Shown here piece by piece: positions 22,222 to 31,491 of a stretch of DNA of 64,000 nucleotides. Origin of the DNA: an uncultured delta proteobacterium (GTDB lineage Bacteria; Myxococcota_A; Polyangia; Fen-1088); assembly GCA_963737265.1 (NCBI GenBank), contig CAVTRY010000016.1, forward strand, positions 384,439 through 448,438, read 5' to 3'. Below the pieces are notes generated by a model, which searched no databases, was not told the DNA's origin, and saw nothing but the letters and a program-made list of their open reading frames with translations. Position 1 is the first letter of the stretch. Every line of letters starts with the position of its first letter. The position numbers and the translations under genes were made by a program.

Positions 22222-22572
22222 AAATCATTCTAATCGGCCGCGGGCAAAGTCGCCGGCCGAACAGGCAGTGTGCCCAAAGCGGCTATTTCTTGCGAACGGA
22301 AGCCCCTAGAACCCTCATCACCGACGTTCGGCATGGCCGAGCCACGCGCTGCTCCTCGCCGGTGATGAGCCCTGCTATCGGGCTACTGGCAACCTTGATT
22401 GCAGATCGCAGGCGTGAGGTCGGCCGCGGTTGAGGAGATCAGGGCCGCGCAAGTCAGTGCGTTGATTGCGTCGATGCAAGCGGACGGCTTGCGTGAGCCA
22501 CGCTTTCCGCCTGCCGCGCACCCAACACGCTCACCCCCTCGCCCACGCGGCCCGCCAGCCGCAGGCGGCCAG

Positions 22573-23674
22573 CTAGTTTTCGCCGCGACCGCCGGTGCCC
22601 TTGGTTTCGACGGAGATCGCACGCGCTGCCTCGTGCGGGCGTAGCGAGCGGGTGGCCTTGCCGGCCCGCCACATCTCGCTGTTACCCATCTCGGCCAACT
22701 CCTTGCCAAGCTTTTCCTGGTAGTCGGCGCCGCCCGTGGATTCGAGCACGCGCTTGCATTCCTTGCCCGACGCCACGCGATCGTAGAGCAGCTCGAACAC
22801 CGGCTGCACGGCCTGCTTGAACCGGGGGCGCCAGTCGAGCGCACCGCGCTGGGCGGTCGCCGAGCAGTTCGAGTACATCCAGTCCATGCCGTTCTCGCCG
22901 ACCAGGCGAATCAGGCTCTCGGTCAGCTCCTCGACTGTCTCGTTGAAGGCTTCGCTCGGGCTGTGGCCGTTGGCGCGCAGAACATCGTACTGGGCGTCCA
23001 TGATGCCCGCCAGGGCGCCCATGAGCACGCCGCGCTCGCCAGTGAGATCGCTGAAGACTTCCTTCTGGAAGGTCGTCGGGAAGAGATAGCCCGAACCCAC
23101 CGCGATGCCGAGCGCCATGGCAGCGATCCTTGGCGCGGCCGGTGGAGTCCTGCTCGACGGCAAAGCTGGAATTGATGCCAGCACCGGACAGGAAGTTGCG
23201 GCGCACCGAGGTGCCCGAGCCCTTGGGCGCGACCATGATGACGTCCACGTCCGCGGGCGGAATCACGCCGGTCTGATCCCTATAGACGATGGAAAAGCCG
23301 TGCGAGAAGTAAACTGCGTCGCCCTTCTTGAGGTGCTTCTTGATCTCGGGCCAAATCGCTTTCTGCGCGGCGTCCGACACCAACATCTGAATGATGGTGC
23401 CCTTTTCGGCCGCTTCCTCGATCTCGAACAACGTCTTGCCTGGTTCCCAGCCATCGCGCACGGCCCGATCCCAGTCGCGCTTGAACTTGGACGACTGGCC
23501 GATGATCACCTGAAAGCCGTTGTCCTTCATGTTGAGCGCCTGGGCCGGTCCCTGCACGCCATAGCCGATCACCGCGATGGTCTCGTTCTTGAGCACTTCG
23601 AGTGCCTTCTTGACCGGAAACTCTTCGCGCGTGATGACTTCTTCTTTGACTCCACCAAAATCGATCGTTGCCAT
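22573..23674 (-). CDS. ilvC: ketol-acid reductoisomerase with a +1 frameshift near 23120 (error or pseudogene)
   Basis: IGYGVQG, FSHGF, VAPKGSG in one frame; SDLTGERGVLMG, CSATAQRGALDW in another; removing one C at ...GAT CGC TGC C ATG restores the frame. Confidence 0.9.
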
Positions 23675-23748
23675 GGATTCTCCTGATGTTTCGTGCTTCG
23701 AGACACGGAAAGACGCCCCGAAAAAGGGACCTGACAATCTGACACCCC

Positions 23749-23858
23749 ACCCCACTCTGTCAAGCCACGCTGTGACTCGCCGCAACCTGAATATTCAACG
23801 TATACGTGGTTTTCCCGCCGACCCCACTCTGTCAAGCCACGCTGTGACTCGCCGCAAC
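23749..23858. repeat. two identical 38-bp direct repeats separated by 34 bp
   Basis: ACCCCACTCTGTCAAGCCACGCTGTGACTCGCCGCAAC at 23749-23786 and 23821-23858. Confidence 0.95.
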
Positions 23859-23941
23859 TCAGTCGGACCGCCGCGACTCAGGTATTGACCTCCGCCCACG
23901 TGGCTGGTAGTTACTCTCCCGCGACCTCGCGAGGGGTTGAT

Positions 23942-24014
23942 GGGGCTGTAGCTCAGCTGGGAGAGCGCCTGAATGGCATTCAGGAGGCCGACAGTTCGAT
24001 CCTGTTCAGCTCCA
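23942..24014 (+). tRNA. tRNA-Ala(GGC); CCA not encoded
   Basis: GGGGCTG/CAGCTCC acceptor stem with G3:U70, D-arm, CCTGA-ATGGCAT-TCAGG anticodon arm, TTCGATC T-loop. Confidence 0.95.
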
Positions 24015-24022
24015 CAATACTA

Positions 24023-24260
24023 CTAAGGAAATCGCCACCGCAGGGCGGCGTTTTTCTTTCTTCGGAACGATACCGGAACGATATTCTGGCGAACGCCAGC
24101 CCTGAAAGACTTTCCCAGGAGCCCCACCGTCACCCGCTTCGTCCGCCCGGAAGCCACGCCTTCCGGGTTGGCGTAGCTTTGCAACGTGGTCTTGGCCGAC
24201 TCGTGGCCCATAGACGCGGCCACGGCGTGCGCGGACATGCCGGCCTCCAGGCGAGGGTCC
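24023..24260 (-). pseudogene. tyrosine recombinase/integrase C-terminal remnant
   Basis: EAGMSAHAVAASMGHESAKTTLQSYA matches the LGH-x-S-x3-T-x-x-Y catalytic segment; points at the tRNA 3' end. Confidence 0.7.
24033..24060 (+). terminator. Rho-independent terminator after tRNA
   Basis: CGCCACC-GCAG-GGCGGCG hairpin followed by TTTTTCTTTC. Confidence 0.65.
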
Positions 24261-24375
24261 AGGCGCCCGCGATTCAGTAGGATCGAGGGGAACCAGACGA
24301 GGGGAACCAGTCAGGTGCTGGCCGATCGACGGCCCAGACGGTCGCCAGCTTCCTGACCAAGCCGGAGAGGATATT

Positions 24376-24843
24376 TCAGGTGGCATTTTGAGCGATGAGG
24401 CGGTGGCCGAGCGCGGTCAGCTCGGCCAAGTCGAATGGCTTGTCCAACACGGCCGCAGCGCCCGCTTGCTCGGCCCGCTGGTGAAGCTCGTGGCTGCCGA
24501 AAGCCGTAATGACCACAACCGGCGGCACGAGCGGGCTTCGGCACAGCTCCTCCAGTGCCAGAAGTCCGCTCCACCCCGGCATCCTGACGTCGGAGACCAA
24601 CAGGTCGAATGGTTCGACGCCCGAGTTGTGCAGCATCGAGGTGGCCAAGACATCGAGGAGCTTGGGCCCGTTGCCGACGGTCACGACCTCGTAGCCCTCG
24701 TCCTCGAATGCCAAGAGCAACAAGACCCGGAAAGCCCACTCATCCTCGGCGATAAGAATGCGCGGGCGGCTTCGTATGGTTGCCTCTGCGTTGGCGTGAA
24801 CCTGCCTGTCCGGTGACATATTCGAATCCACCTTCCCGTGCAT
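24376..24843 (-). CDS. stand-alone response regulator receiver protein
   Basis: LIAEDE, SDVRMPG, ITAF, DKPF; GGAGG RBS. Confidence 0.88.
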   Translation of the reverse strand: MHGKVDSNMSPDRQVHANAEATIRSRPRILIAEDEWAFRVLLLLAFEDEGYEVVTVGNGPKLLDVLATSMLHNSGVEPFDLLVSDVRMPGWSGLLALEELCRSPLVPPVVVITAFGSHELHQRAEQAGAAAVLDKPFDLAELTALGHRLIAQNAT

Positions 24844-24870
24844 GGCTAACTGTCCTCCACCCTTGATACT

Positions 24871-24886
24871 TGCATCGGTGGTGCCA
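24871..24886 (-). promoter_or_regulatory. sigma54 -24/-12 promoter
   Basis: TGGCAC-CACCG-ATGCA, about 27 nt upstream of the receiver gene ATG. Confidence 0.65.
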
Positions 24887-25143
24887 GGCACGGAATTGGG
24901 CGACATCGAAATGACCTGACCCCATTCCTAGCACCGCCGATGCACAGCTATGTATCAACGACGCAAGCGGCCCCAAGTGGAGGGCGACCTGCAACGCCCG
25001 GACGGAGAGGCTGGTGACGTCGATCCCAAAGGTGACTCAACCGAGGCTCATCGAGCTCCGGTGGAGCTTCCTGCCAGAGATTGTCAAGGACTTCGAGAAT
25101 CTGTAAGAGCTTCGCGACCTCCCATCCGGCCGTCACGTTGGGC

Positions 25144-25175
25144 GTGGCAACCCGCCACGCGAGGCGGATTGCCAC
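25144..25175. promoter_or_regulatory. tandem palindromic putative enhancer (copy 1)
   Basis: GTGGCAACCCGCCAC-GC-GAGGCGGATTGCCAC. Confidence 0.55.
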
Positions 25176-25437
25176 GACGAAATCCAACGAATCGGCACGA
25201 TTGGAGCCGAGAATTGACCATTTCTTGTATTCCCTGTCGGGAAAGACAAGTCGACCACTCCACCTCAATTTCCTGTGGCAGCTTCATCGTGGAAAGGAGA
25301 CCGACACAGTCAGCACCCCAGTTCGAGGCCCCGAGCCCGCAATCATAGAGAGGACCAAGGTGCCGTCTCTGCCTGTGGCGGTTTGTCGCGCGAGGCAGAG
25401 CGCCTCGCCGCAGACCGCATCCCAACACAAGCCCAAC

Positions 25438-26442
25438 CTATTTGACTTGCTGAAAGAACCTTCCCCAACGAATCGACGAAAACCAGTCGACGATGCCCGA
25501 GGGGCTCAGCCCACCGTGCGCCGGATCGCGCGACCACCACACGACAAGGGCGCGCCCCTTGATGAGCTCGAACGGCACGAAGCCCCACACGCGAGAGTCC
25601 TTCGAGTTGTCGCGATTGTCGCCCATGACGAAGTAGTGGCCCGGCGGAATTGTCACCGGACCGAAATTGGACGAGGTCCAGCGAAGCGGCATCTGATGGG
25701 TCTCGTGCGACTTGCTGTCCAGGTGCTCCAGCCAAACCTCGCAGGGTTGGCGTTCAACATCGTCCTTGAAACCACCATCGTCGTTTGGCCCGCAGGACTG
25801 GCGCAGCTCTTCGCGTGGCATGGGTCGGCCGTCGACGAAGACCTGGCTGTGACGAAGCTCCAAGGTTTCCCCGGGCAATCCCACTACGCGTTTGACGTAG
25901 TCGACAGTCTGATCTGGTGGATATTTGAACACGATGACATCACCCCGTTTCGGCTTGCCCAGCGTGGCGATCACGGCATTGCTGAAGGGAAGGCTGATGG
26001 CATAGGCGAACTTGGATACGAAAATGTGATCGCCGATGGCCAGGGTGGGAATCATCGAGCCCGAGGGAATCTGGAATGCCTCGACCACGAAAGCGCGCAG
26101 GAATAGCGCCACCCCGAGCGCCAGGCCGATGGACTCAGCGTATTGGCGAGTCGCCGACTTGCGAGCGAACGCCAGGTACTCATCCATCTTGTCGTCAATG
26201 TCGGCGATTGCTTTGCGAAGCCGTTCCAGGTTCCTGCCCTTGCGGGCCGCATCGACCTCGACCACGGCGGCCGTCATGAGGCTGACGACCGGTTCTGGAA
26301 TGCGGTAGCGCTTCTTTCGGAGAATGCGCTTCGCATCGCCCACAAGCCGCTTGGCTTCGGCTTTCGCGCGGCTCCACTGCCGGTGCGCGCGCCAGGAGCC
26401 GAGAATGCTGATCAATACGTTCGCTCGACGTTCGACATCCAT
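25438..26442 (-). CDS. lepB: signal peptidase I with N-terminal helical extension
   Basis: IPSGSMIPTL, RGDVIVF, YVKRVVG, GDNRDNSKDSR. Confidence 0.93.
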   Translation of the reverse strand: MDVERRANVLISILGSWRAHRQWSRAKAEAKRLVGDAKRILRKKRYRIPEPVVSLMTAAVVEVDAARKGRNLERLRKAIADIDDKMDEYLAFARKSATRQYAESIGLALGVALFLRAFVVEAFQIPSGSMIPTLAIGDHIFVSKFAYAISLPFSNAVIATLGKPKRGDVIVFKYPPDQTVDYVKRVVGLPGETLELRHSQVFVDGRPMPREELRQSCGPNDDGGFKDDVERQPCEVWLEHLDSKSHETHQMPLRWTSSNFGPVTIPPGHYFVMGDNRDNSKDSRVWGFVPFELIKGRALVVWWSRDPAHGGLSPSGIVDWFSSIRWGRFFQQVK

Positions 26443-26894
26443 CAAGGCTCCATCAGTCGGTTGACGAGGGTACAGAGATCGTCGAGCTCGAACGGTTTGT
26501 CCAACACCGCGATGGCCCCTGCCCTCATCGCTTGTTCGTGAAGCCGCTCATCGCCAAAGGCGGTGATAAGCACGATGGGAGGTGGGTTCGCCTGGTGGCT
26601 CATGGTGATGAGGACGTTCAGGCCGGTCCACCCGGGCATGCGGACGTCGGACACCACGACATCGAATCTCTCTTTGTCCAAGCCCGCGGCCAGCGAGCCG
26701 CTCAGCCGTTCGAGCAGCTCTGCACCATCCTTGACTGCCACCACGTCGTAGCCTTCGTGTGCGAGCGCCTGCTGCAGCAAGGTTCGAAAAGCCTCGTCGT
26801 CCTCGGCAAGCAGAAGTCGCCCGCCGCGCGTGCGAGGTTCTTGTGGCGAACCGAGGCCGCGCGCACCAGCCTTCCGATCTGTGGTGTCGGGCAT
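26442..26894 (-). CDS. stand-alone response regulator receiver protein (paralog of 24376-24843)
   Basis: LLAEDD, SDVRMPGW, ITAFG, DKPF. Confidence 0.88.
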   Translation of the reverse strand: MPDTTDRKAGARGLGSPQEPRTRGGRLLLAEDDEAFRTLLQQALAHEGYDVVAVKDGAELLERLSGSLAAGLDKERFDVVVSDVRMPGWTGLNVLITMSHQANPPPIVLITAFGDERLHEQAMRAGAIAVLDKPFELDDLCTLVNRLMEP

Positions 26895-26911
26895 GGTCGA
26901 TTTCACGGTTC

Positions 26912-27709
26912 TTAAGACCCCTTGGCGTCCGTGCGGGGGCGTTTCTTGCGTTTGGCAGCCACGGCGATGCCGAAGCCAGCGGCGAGCACGAGGGTGAAGG
27001 CCGCTGCGATGCGCGTGGCATTGAGGGAATACTTGTGTCCGGAGGGGTCGTAGCTGTAGCAAAACCTGAGCAGGCGGGCGATGGTGGGTCCGGTACGGCC
27101 TAGCGCTGCTTCGCTGAAGGCCATCTTGACGTCGAAGGGCAGGAAGGTGACTCCATACAGGTAACGCGTCACCATGCCGGTGGGGGAAAGCACCATGATG
27201 GCGGCCGCATGGATGTAGTCCTCACCGTGCTTGGCGAATTTGAAACCGACCGCGTCCGCGAGGCGCTTCGTCGAATCCGGGCTGCCGGTCAGAAATCGCC
27301 ATGCGTTTGGCGGAAAATTGGGGCCAAGCTGCTTGATGTAATTCTGCTTCTTTTCCCCGGCCAGCTCTGCATCGTCGCGCGGGTCGAAGCTCACCGTGAT
27401 GATCTGGAAATCCTTGCCAGGCACTTGGTCGATCTTCCGCAACATATCGGCCACGCCATTGAGAAGAGGCGTGCATAGCCCCACGCAACGGAAGTAATTC
27501 AGCGTGAGCAGAGTCGGTTTGTCGATGAGGTCGCGCAACGAAACCCGATCGCCTTGCTCGTCGATCAATTGGATGTCGAGGGGAACGGACTGTCCCAGTT
27601 TCTCGTCGATGCCCACGTCCAGCTTTGGCTCGGCCGTGGCATCGGCACGCGCCGGACGCAAGGCCATCGCGGTGAAAAGGCAGGCCACAATTGTGGTTGG
27701 AGTCTTCAT
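26912..27709 (-). CDS. SCO1/SenC family copper chaperone
   Basis: Signal peptide, CVGLC (CxxxC), SFDP, conserved His (YIHAAA), C-terminal TM segment. Confidence 0.88.
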   Translation of the reverse strand: MKTPTTIVACLFTAMALRPARADATAEPKLDVGIDEKLGQSVPLDIQLIDEQGDRVSLRDLIDKPTLLTLNYFRCVGLCTPLLNGVADMLRKIDQVPGKDFQIITVSFDPRDDAELAGEKKQNYIKQLGPNFPPNAWRFLTGSPDSTKRLADAVGFKFAKHGEDYIHAAAIMVLSPTGMVTRYLYGVTFLPFDVKMAFSEAALGRTGPTIARLLRFCYSYDPSGHKYSLNATRIAAAFTLVLAAGFGIAVAAKRKKRPRTDAKGS

Positions 27710-27749
27710 AACATCTTGACAGTCTTGTCCATGGACCGCTTGCATACTC

Positions 27750-27765
27750 TGCAAGCGCGGGGCCT
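27750..27765 (-). promoter_or_regulatory. sigma54-like promoter for SCO-RR-lepB
   Basis: AGGCCC-CGCGC-TTGCA (GG-N10-GC). Confidence 0.5.
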
Positions 27766-27831
27766 GCGCAAGCGGCGCCCGAAATTCGCTGCGGGCATGG
27801 CGGGGACACCGGCTGGGACGCCATCAACCTC

Positions 27832-27863
27832 GTGGCAATACGTCTCGCGTGGCAGAATGTCAC
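27832..27863. promoter_or_regulatory. tandem palindromic putative enhancer (copy 2)
   Basis: GTGGCAATACGTCTC-GC-GTGGCAGAATGTCAC, between divergent sigma54-type boxes. Confidence 0.6.
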
Positions 27864-27917
27864 GCTTGTCTGCTCCGTAACCTGGCGGATTGTTGGCGGC
27901 GGAGCGGGTCTACGTCC

Positions 27918-27933
27918 TGGCACTCCTCGTGCA
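27918..27933 (+). promoter_or_regulatory. sigma54 -24/-12 promoter
   Basis: TGGCAC-TCCTC-GTGCA upstream of the GT-C gene. Confidence 0.55.
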
Positions 27934-27953
27934 GAGCGCCACGCCGGACGATC

Positions 27954-29471
27954 ATGCTCGTGCTCAAGAAGAGAACAGCGGTGGGCTCGCGTCATGGGGC
28001 GATCCCTATCAGACTGCTACCAGAACCAAGCATCCAGGACTCGCCAAGAACCCTCCTCCAGAGATTCTGGGATGCCTCGCGCACGAACCGGTTTTCCTTG
28101 GCCCTAGCCCTCCTCCTGTTGCCATTTGGAATCTATAAGCTGCGCGATCTTCCGCTCCCCTTTTTCTGGGACGAGCTGGGCGTCTACGGCCGAGCCGCGG
28201 TCTACATGCACGACCACGCCCTCGGCCTCTTGCCTTCGTATCTGCCGCCCGAGCTCTCACGGGGCCACCCTCTTCTATTGCCGTTCGTCTTCGGCTCGTT
28301 CTTTCGCCTCTTTGGGGCCACGCCGCTGGTGGCCCATGTTTGCATGCTCTTGGTCTCAGCCAGCTTGGTCGTATCCGTGTTCTGGATTGCGCGCATGCAC
28401 TGGAACGCGGTGGTCGGACTAGGCGCCGCCGGGTTGCTCTTGGCTCAGCCGCTCTTTCTCGCTCAGAGCACCCTGCTCCTACCTGAAATTCCCTTGGCGT
28501 TGGCCTGCCTCTGGGCCATGCACGCCTTCTTCCGTGAGAAATTCCTGCAAGCAGGGCTCTTCATTGGCATGGCGATCTTCTTGAAAGAGACGGCCGTCGT
28601 GCTGGCCGCTGCCTTGGCTGTCATCCTCATCGTACAGTGGATGAGGGCTCGTCCCAGCCTGAAATCTGCAGTCGGCGGCATCCTGGCCCTCGCCATCCCA
28701 GGCTTGCTCTACGGAATCTTCCTTCTGATTCAGAAACACCAAAACGGCTGGTACCTCTACCCCTTCCACGAAAACCAAGTGAACTTCCACTGGTCCGCCA
28801 TGAAGGGCACTTTGGTAGACTGCATCTCTTCCGTGTTCGTAGAACAAGGCCGCCTTGCCCTATCCGTGATCCTCGCGTTGTGGATCTTCTTCAGGCTGCT
28901 CGGGCGGCGCGAGGGCGAGAGGCGCTTCGTGCCCAGTCTGGCTTGGTCCTTCGCCGTGTTCGGCATCGGTGTCCTGGTGTTTTCGGCCGGCAACGTCTTC
29001 ATGAAGCGCTACCTGCTGTGCCTGCTTCCTCCTCTGACCATTTTGAGCAGCCGCGCTCTTTTCGAATTGGTGCGCGACCAGACCAAGGTGCTGGTCCCCG
29101 CGACCATGGGTCTTGGCCTACTATGCCTGGGCGACCTAACCTCTCCCAGATTCAACTGCGCCTACGATATGAGCTTCCGCGAATCGGTCCTCCTTCAACA
29201 AGAGGCCACCCAGTATCTCGAAAAAACCGTGGGCCCGGACAGGGCCATCCTCGCCAATTTTCCCACCGTCTTCGGCTTGGAGGATCCGCGCTACGGCTAC
29301 ACGCCACAAAAATTCAAACGCTCGTCCTATCGCTACTCTCCCGAGGCCGACTACATCTTCACCAGCGAAATCTACGACCACTTCACGCCGCCGGCCGGAG
29401 TTCGAACGGAGCTCATGAAGCGATTCTCCTCCCCCTACATGAACATCGCTCTGTACCGAATCCTGCGCTAG
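27954..29471 (+). CDS. GT-C fold membrane glycosyltransferase (ArnT/PMT-like)
   Basis: FWDE after TM1, GHPLL, LKET, more than 10 TM segments; start uncertain. Confidence 0.78.
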   Translation: MLVLKKRTAVGSRHGAIPIRLLPEPSIQDSPRTLLQRFWDASRTNRFSLALALLLLPFGIYKLRDLPLPFFWDELGVYGRAAVYMHDHALGLLPSYLPPELSRGHPLLLPFVFGSFFRLFGATPLVAHVCMLLVSASLVVSVFWIARMHWNAVVGLGAAGLLLAQPLFLAQSTLLLPEIPLALACLWAMHAFFREKFLQAGLFIGMAIFLKETAVVLAAALAVILIVQWMRARPSLKSAVGGILALAIPGLLYGIFLLIQKHQNGWYLYPFHENQVNFHWSAMKGTLVDCISSVFVEQGRLALSVILALWIFFRLLGRREGERRFVPSLAWSFAVFGIGVLVFSAGNVFMKRYLLCLLPPLTILSSRALFELVRDQTKVLVPATMGLGLLCLGDLTSPRFNCAYDMSFRESVLLQQEATQYLEKTVGPDRAILANFPTVFGLEDPRYGYTPQKFKRSSYRYSPEADYIFTSEIYDHFTPPAGVRTELMKRFSSPYMNIALYRILR

Positions 29472-30548
29472 TTACAAATCCAGGCTGAGCGTGAACTGGT
29501 TCGCGTCGTCCGTCATGTATCGATTCAGATATGGGGAGTACGTCCGCACTCGAATCTCCTTACGCCTGTAGTCGAATTCGAAAAGCCGAAGATAGCCACT
29601 TCCGCCTGCATAGTCAGCCGTGCCTTGATAGAGCCACTGGTAGTCCGACAGCACTTGGTGAACAAGCGAGCCATCCGGCCGAAAGGTGCTCAGCCGCGCG
29701 ACCCCATTGTCATGACCGCATAGCACCAAGCGGACGTTGCGATTGGGTACGATGAGCTTCCGCCAGATCTGCTCGCCGTCGTTGATGCCTTCACTGCGGG
29801 TGTACCCGAAAGCCTCCGGGGCGAAACGCTGGCCGATTGGCTGGGGGTCGGCGAGCCCAGGTTCCACCATTCCATAGCGGCTACCATCCTCGTACAGAAA
29901 CGCATGGGTCACGATGATCGCCGGCAGCGTTGGATAGGTCTTCAGAATGCTGTCGGCCCAGGCAATAGTCGTATCGCGCGGTCCGAATTCGAGGCCGAGG
30001 ATCAGCCATTGCCGTGGTCCAACATCGACCAAGGCGTAGTTGTTCTCGATCTTCTCTTCGGCCATCGTCCCAGCGATCCACGGCATAGTCGACGGTGCGA
30101 AGAAGTCATCGATCATTCCCACCCGATTGGCGTCGGTGTCGTGGTTGCCGGGGACAAGCACGTAGGGCACCCGGCCGTCCAAGATCCGCAGGGCCGAGGC
30201 GGCGGTCTGCCACTGGGATTTGTCGCCTGCACTATCAACAATGTCGCCGAGATGGAGCGCCACCGCGATATTGCGATGAGCCTTCTGCTCGACGATCCAG
30301 CGCGTCTGGTCCGCGAGGATCTCCGGGAAAGAAGAAGCGTAGTACTGGGTGTCGGGCAGCACGACAACCGTGGGTAGGGCTGCCCGGACAGATCTCGCCT
30401 CAGCCCCACTTGCTGTGTGCCAGGCGTGGCGTCGGGCGCCTGCGCCGCTTCCCACTACGAGGAGCGTGAGCGATCCCAGTAGCAGAGAAACGGTATGTCT
30501 CAGAGATGCCCTAACCATCGTCGGCGGTACTTCCTTACCGAATTTCAT
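29472..30548 (-). CDS. secreted calcineurin-like metallophosphoesterase
   Basis: PDTQ, GDIVD, GNHD, TH, CGHD motifs; signal peptide. Confidence 0.85.
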   Translation of the reverse strand: MKFGKEVPPTMVRASLRHTVSLLLGSLTLLVVGSGAGARRHAWHTASGAEARSVRAALPTVVVLPDTQYYASSFPEILADQTRWIVEQKAHRNIAVALHLGDIVDSAGDKSQWQTAASALRILDGRVPYVLVPGNHDTDANRVGMIDDFFAPSTMPWIAGTMAEEKIENNYALVDVGPRQWLILGLEFGPRDTTIAWADSILKTYPTLPAIIVTHAFLYEDGSRYGMVEPGLADPQPIGQRFAPEAFGYTRSEGINDGEQIWRKLIVPNRNVRLVLCGHDNGVARLSTFRPDGSLVHQVLSDYQWLYQGTADYAGGSGYLRLFEFDYRRKEIRVRTYSPYLNRYMTDDANQFTLSLDL

Positions 30549-30557
30549 TCTGTCGGA

Positions 30558-30896
30558 CTACGTCCTGTTGGAATCGGCGGTTTGTTTGGCAACTCCGGTT
30601 TGCCTTCGGGCCGCCTTTCCAACCCCATCCCTTTCGACCTTGCTGGCTCTCCTGGCATATCTGTTTCCGGCCGTCTCGGTCGGCCACTGCACCTTGGCCT
30701 GCAATCGACCAAGAGCCATCTTCAGATCGTCGGTGCTCGCCGACTGTGTCTGCGGTGCTTTGGTTTCGTTGTCGAAATCGGCACGGCAAATCTTCATTGC
30801 TTCATCACACCCCTCGTGCTTGCATGCGGAACTCGCGAGCACGAGGGCTCCAGCAAATGCCCAGGCGAGCGCTATTCGCATCCGGCTCATACTCAT
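30558..30896 (-). CDS. small putative lipoprotein (possibly truncated)
   Basis: MRIALAWAFAGALVLASSAC lipobox-like N-terminus downstream of a sigma54 box. Confidence 0.4.
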   Translation of the reverse strand: MSMSRMRIALAWAFAGALVLASSACKHEGCDEAMKICRADFDNETKAPQTQSASTDDLKMALGRLQAKVQWPTETAGNRYARRASKVERDGVGKAARRQTGVAKQTADSNRT

Positions 30897-30903
30897 GACT
30901 CGA

Positions 30904-30919
30904 AGCAAGCGGCATGCCA
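30904..30919 (-). promoter_or_regulatory. sigma54 -24/-12 promoter
   Basis: TGGCAT-GCCGC-TTGCT. Confidence 0.65.
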
Positions 30920-30964
30920 CGGACGTCCCTGTGCAGTCATGCGGTGCTTGCACCGCTCGCAACC

Positions 30965-30996
30965 GAGGCAATCCGTCACGTGTGACATCTTGTCAC
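30965..30996. promoter_or_regulatory. tandem palindromic putative enhancer (copy 3)
   Basis: GAGGCAATCCGTCAC-GT-GTGACATCTTGTCAC. Confidence 0.6.
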
Positions 30997-31312
30997 GCGA
31001 CACACAAAGCGAGCAATTCGCAGCGGTGCCAGGCGCATACGCCGCAACCTAAGCCGACTCCGACTGGCCCCAGGAATGCATCGCGCCTCATTTGTATCCT
31101 TGGTCGCTTGGTACAGAGGAGGGAGAGCCCCATGAACAGCAGGCGCCTAGGCAAGAAGCGCAACGTGCTGGCTCTCTGCTTGGATGCCCTCAAGACCCTG
31201 AAGCTAGCCATCCTCGAAGAGCCGATCGCCGGTGTGAGCTACGGCCGACCGCCTCGGACTCGGTAGATTGCGCGCGGATCGTAAAACATGTTGAGCCGGT
31301 TTGGGCGCACCC

Positions 31313-31344
31313 GGTGCGATTTGTCTCGCGTGGCGAATTGCCAT
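31313..31344. promoter_or_regulatory. tandem palindromic putative enhancer (copy 4)
   Basis: GGTGCGATTTGTCTC-GC-GTGGCGAATTGCCAT. Confidence 0.5.
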
Positions 31345-31395
31345 ATCCACCCTTATGCACTTGTGCGGAATTCAGCGCATCTTCGGCCATTTCGT

Positions 31396-31411
31396 TGGCG
31401 CCGCATATGCA
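31396..31411 (+). promoter_or_regulatory. sigma54 -24/-12 promoter for Hsp20-like gene
   Basis: TGGCGC-CGCAT-ATGCA. Confidence 0.55.
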
Positions 31412-31491
31412 GGTACCTATTTCAGGCCTTGCCATCTCGGCCGAGCTCAAGGAGGTGCCCGGCGCTCGGCAAGGAAAGGAAGGAAAGAACC

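Noticed and set aside
23749-23858. Bona fide CRISPR array
   Set aside because: Only two repeats, no cas genes, no AT-rich leader, and the repeat contains a -35 hexamer; kept only as a repeat and a low-score finding.
24948-25430. Overlapping short ORFs between the receiver gene and lepB
   Set aside because: No recognisable family; the region holds an enhancer-like motif and is probably decayed regulatory DNA.
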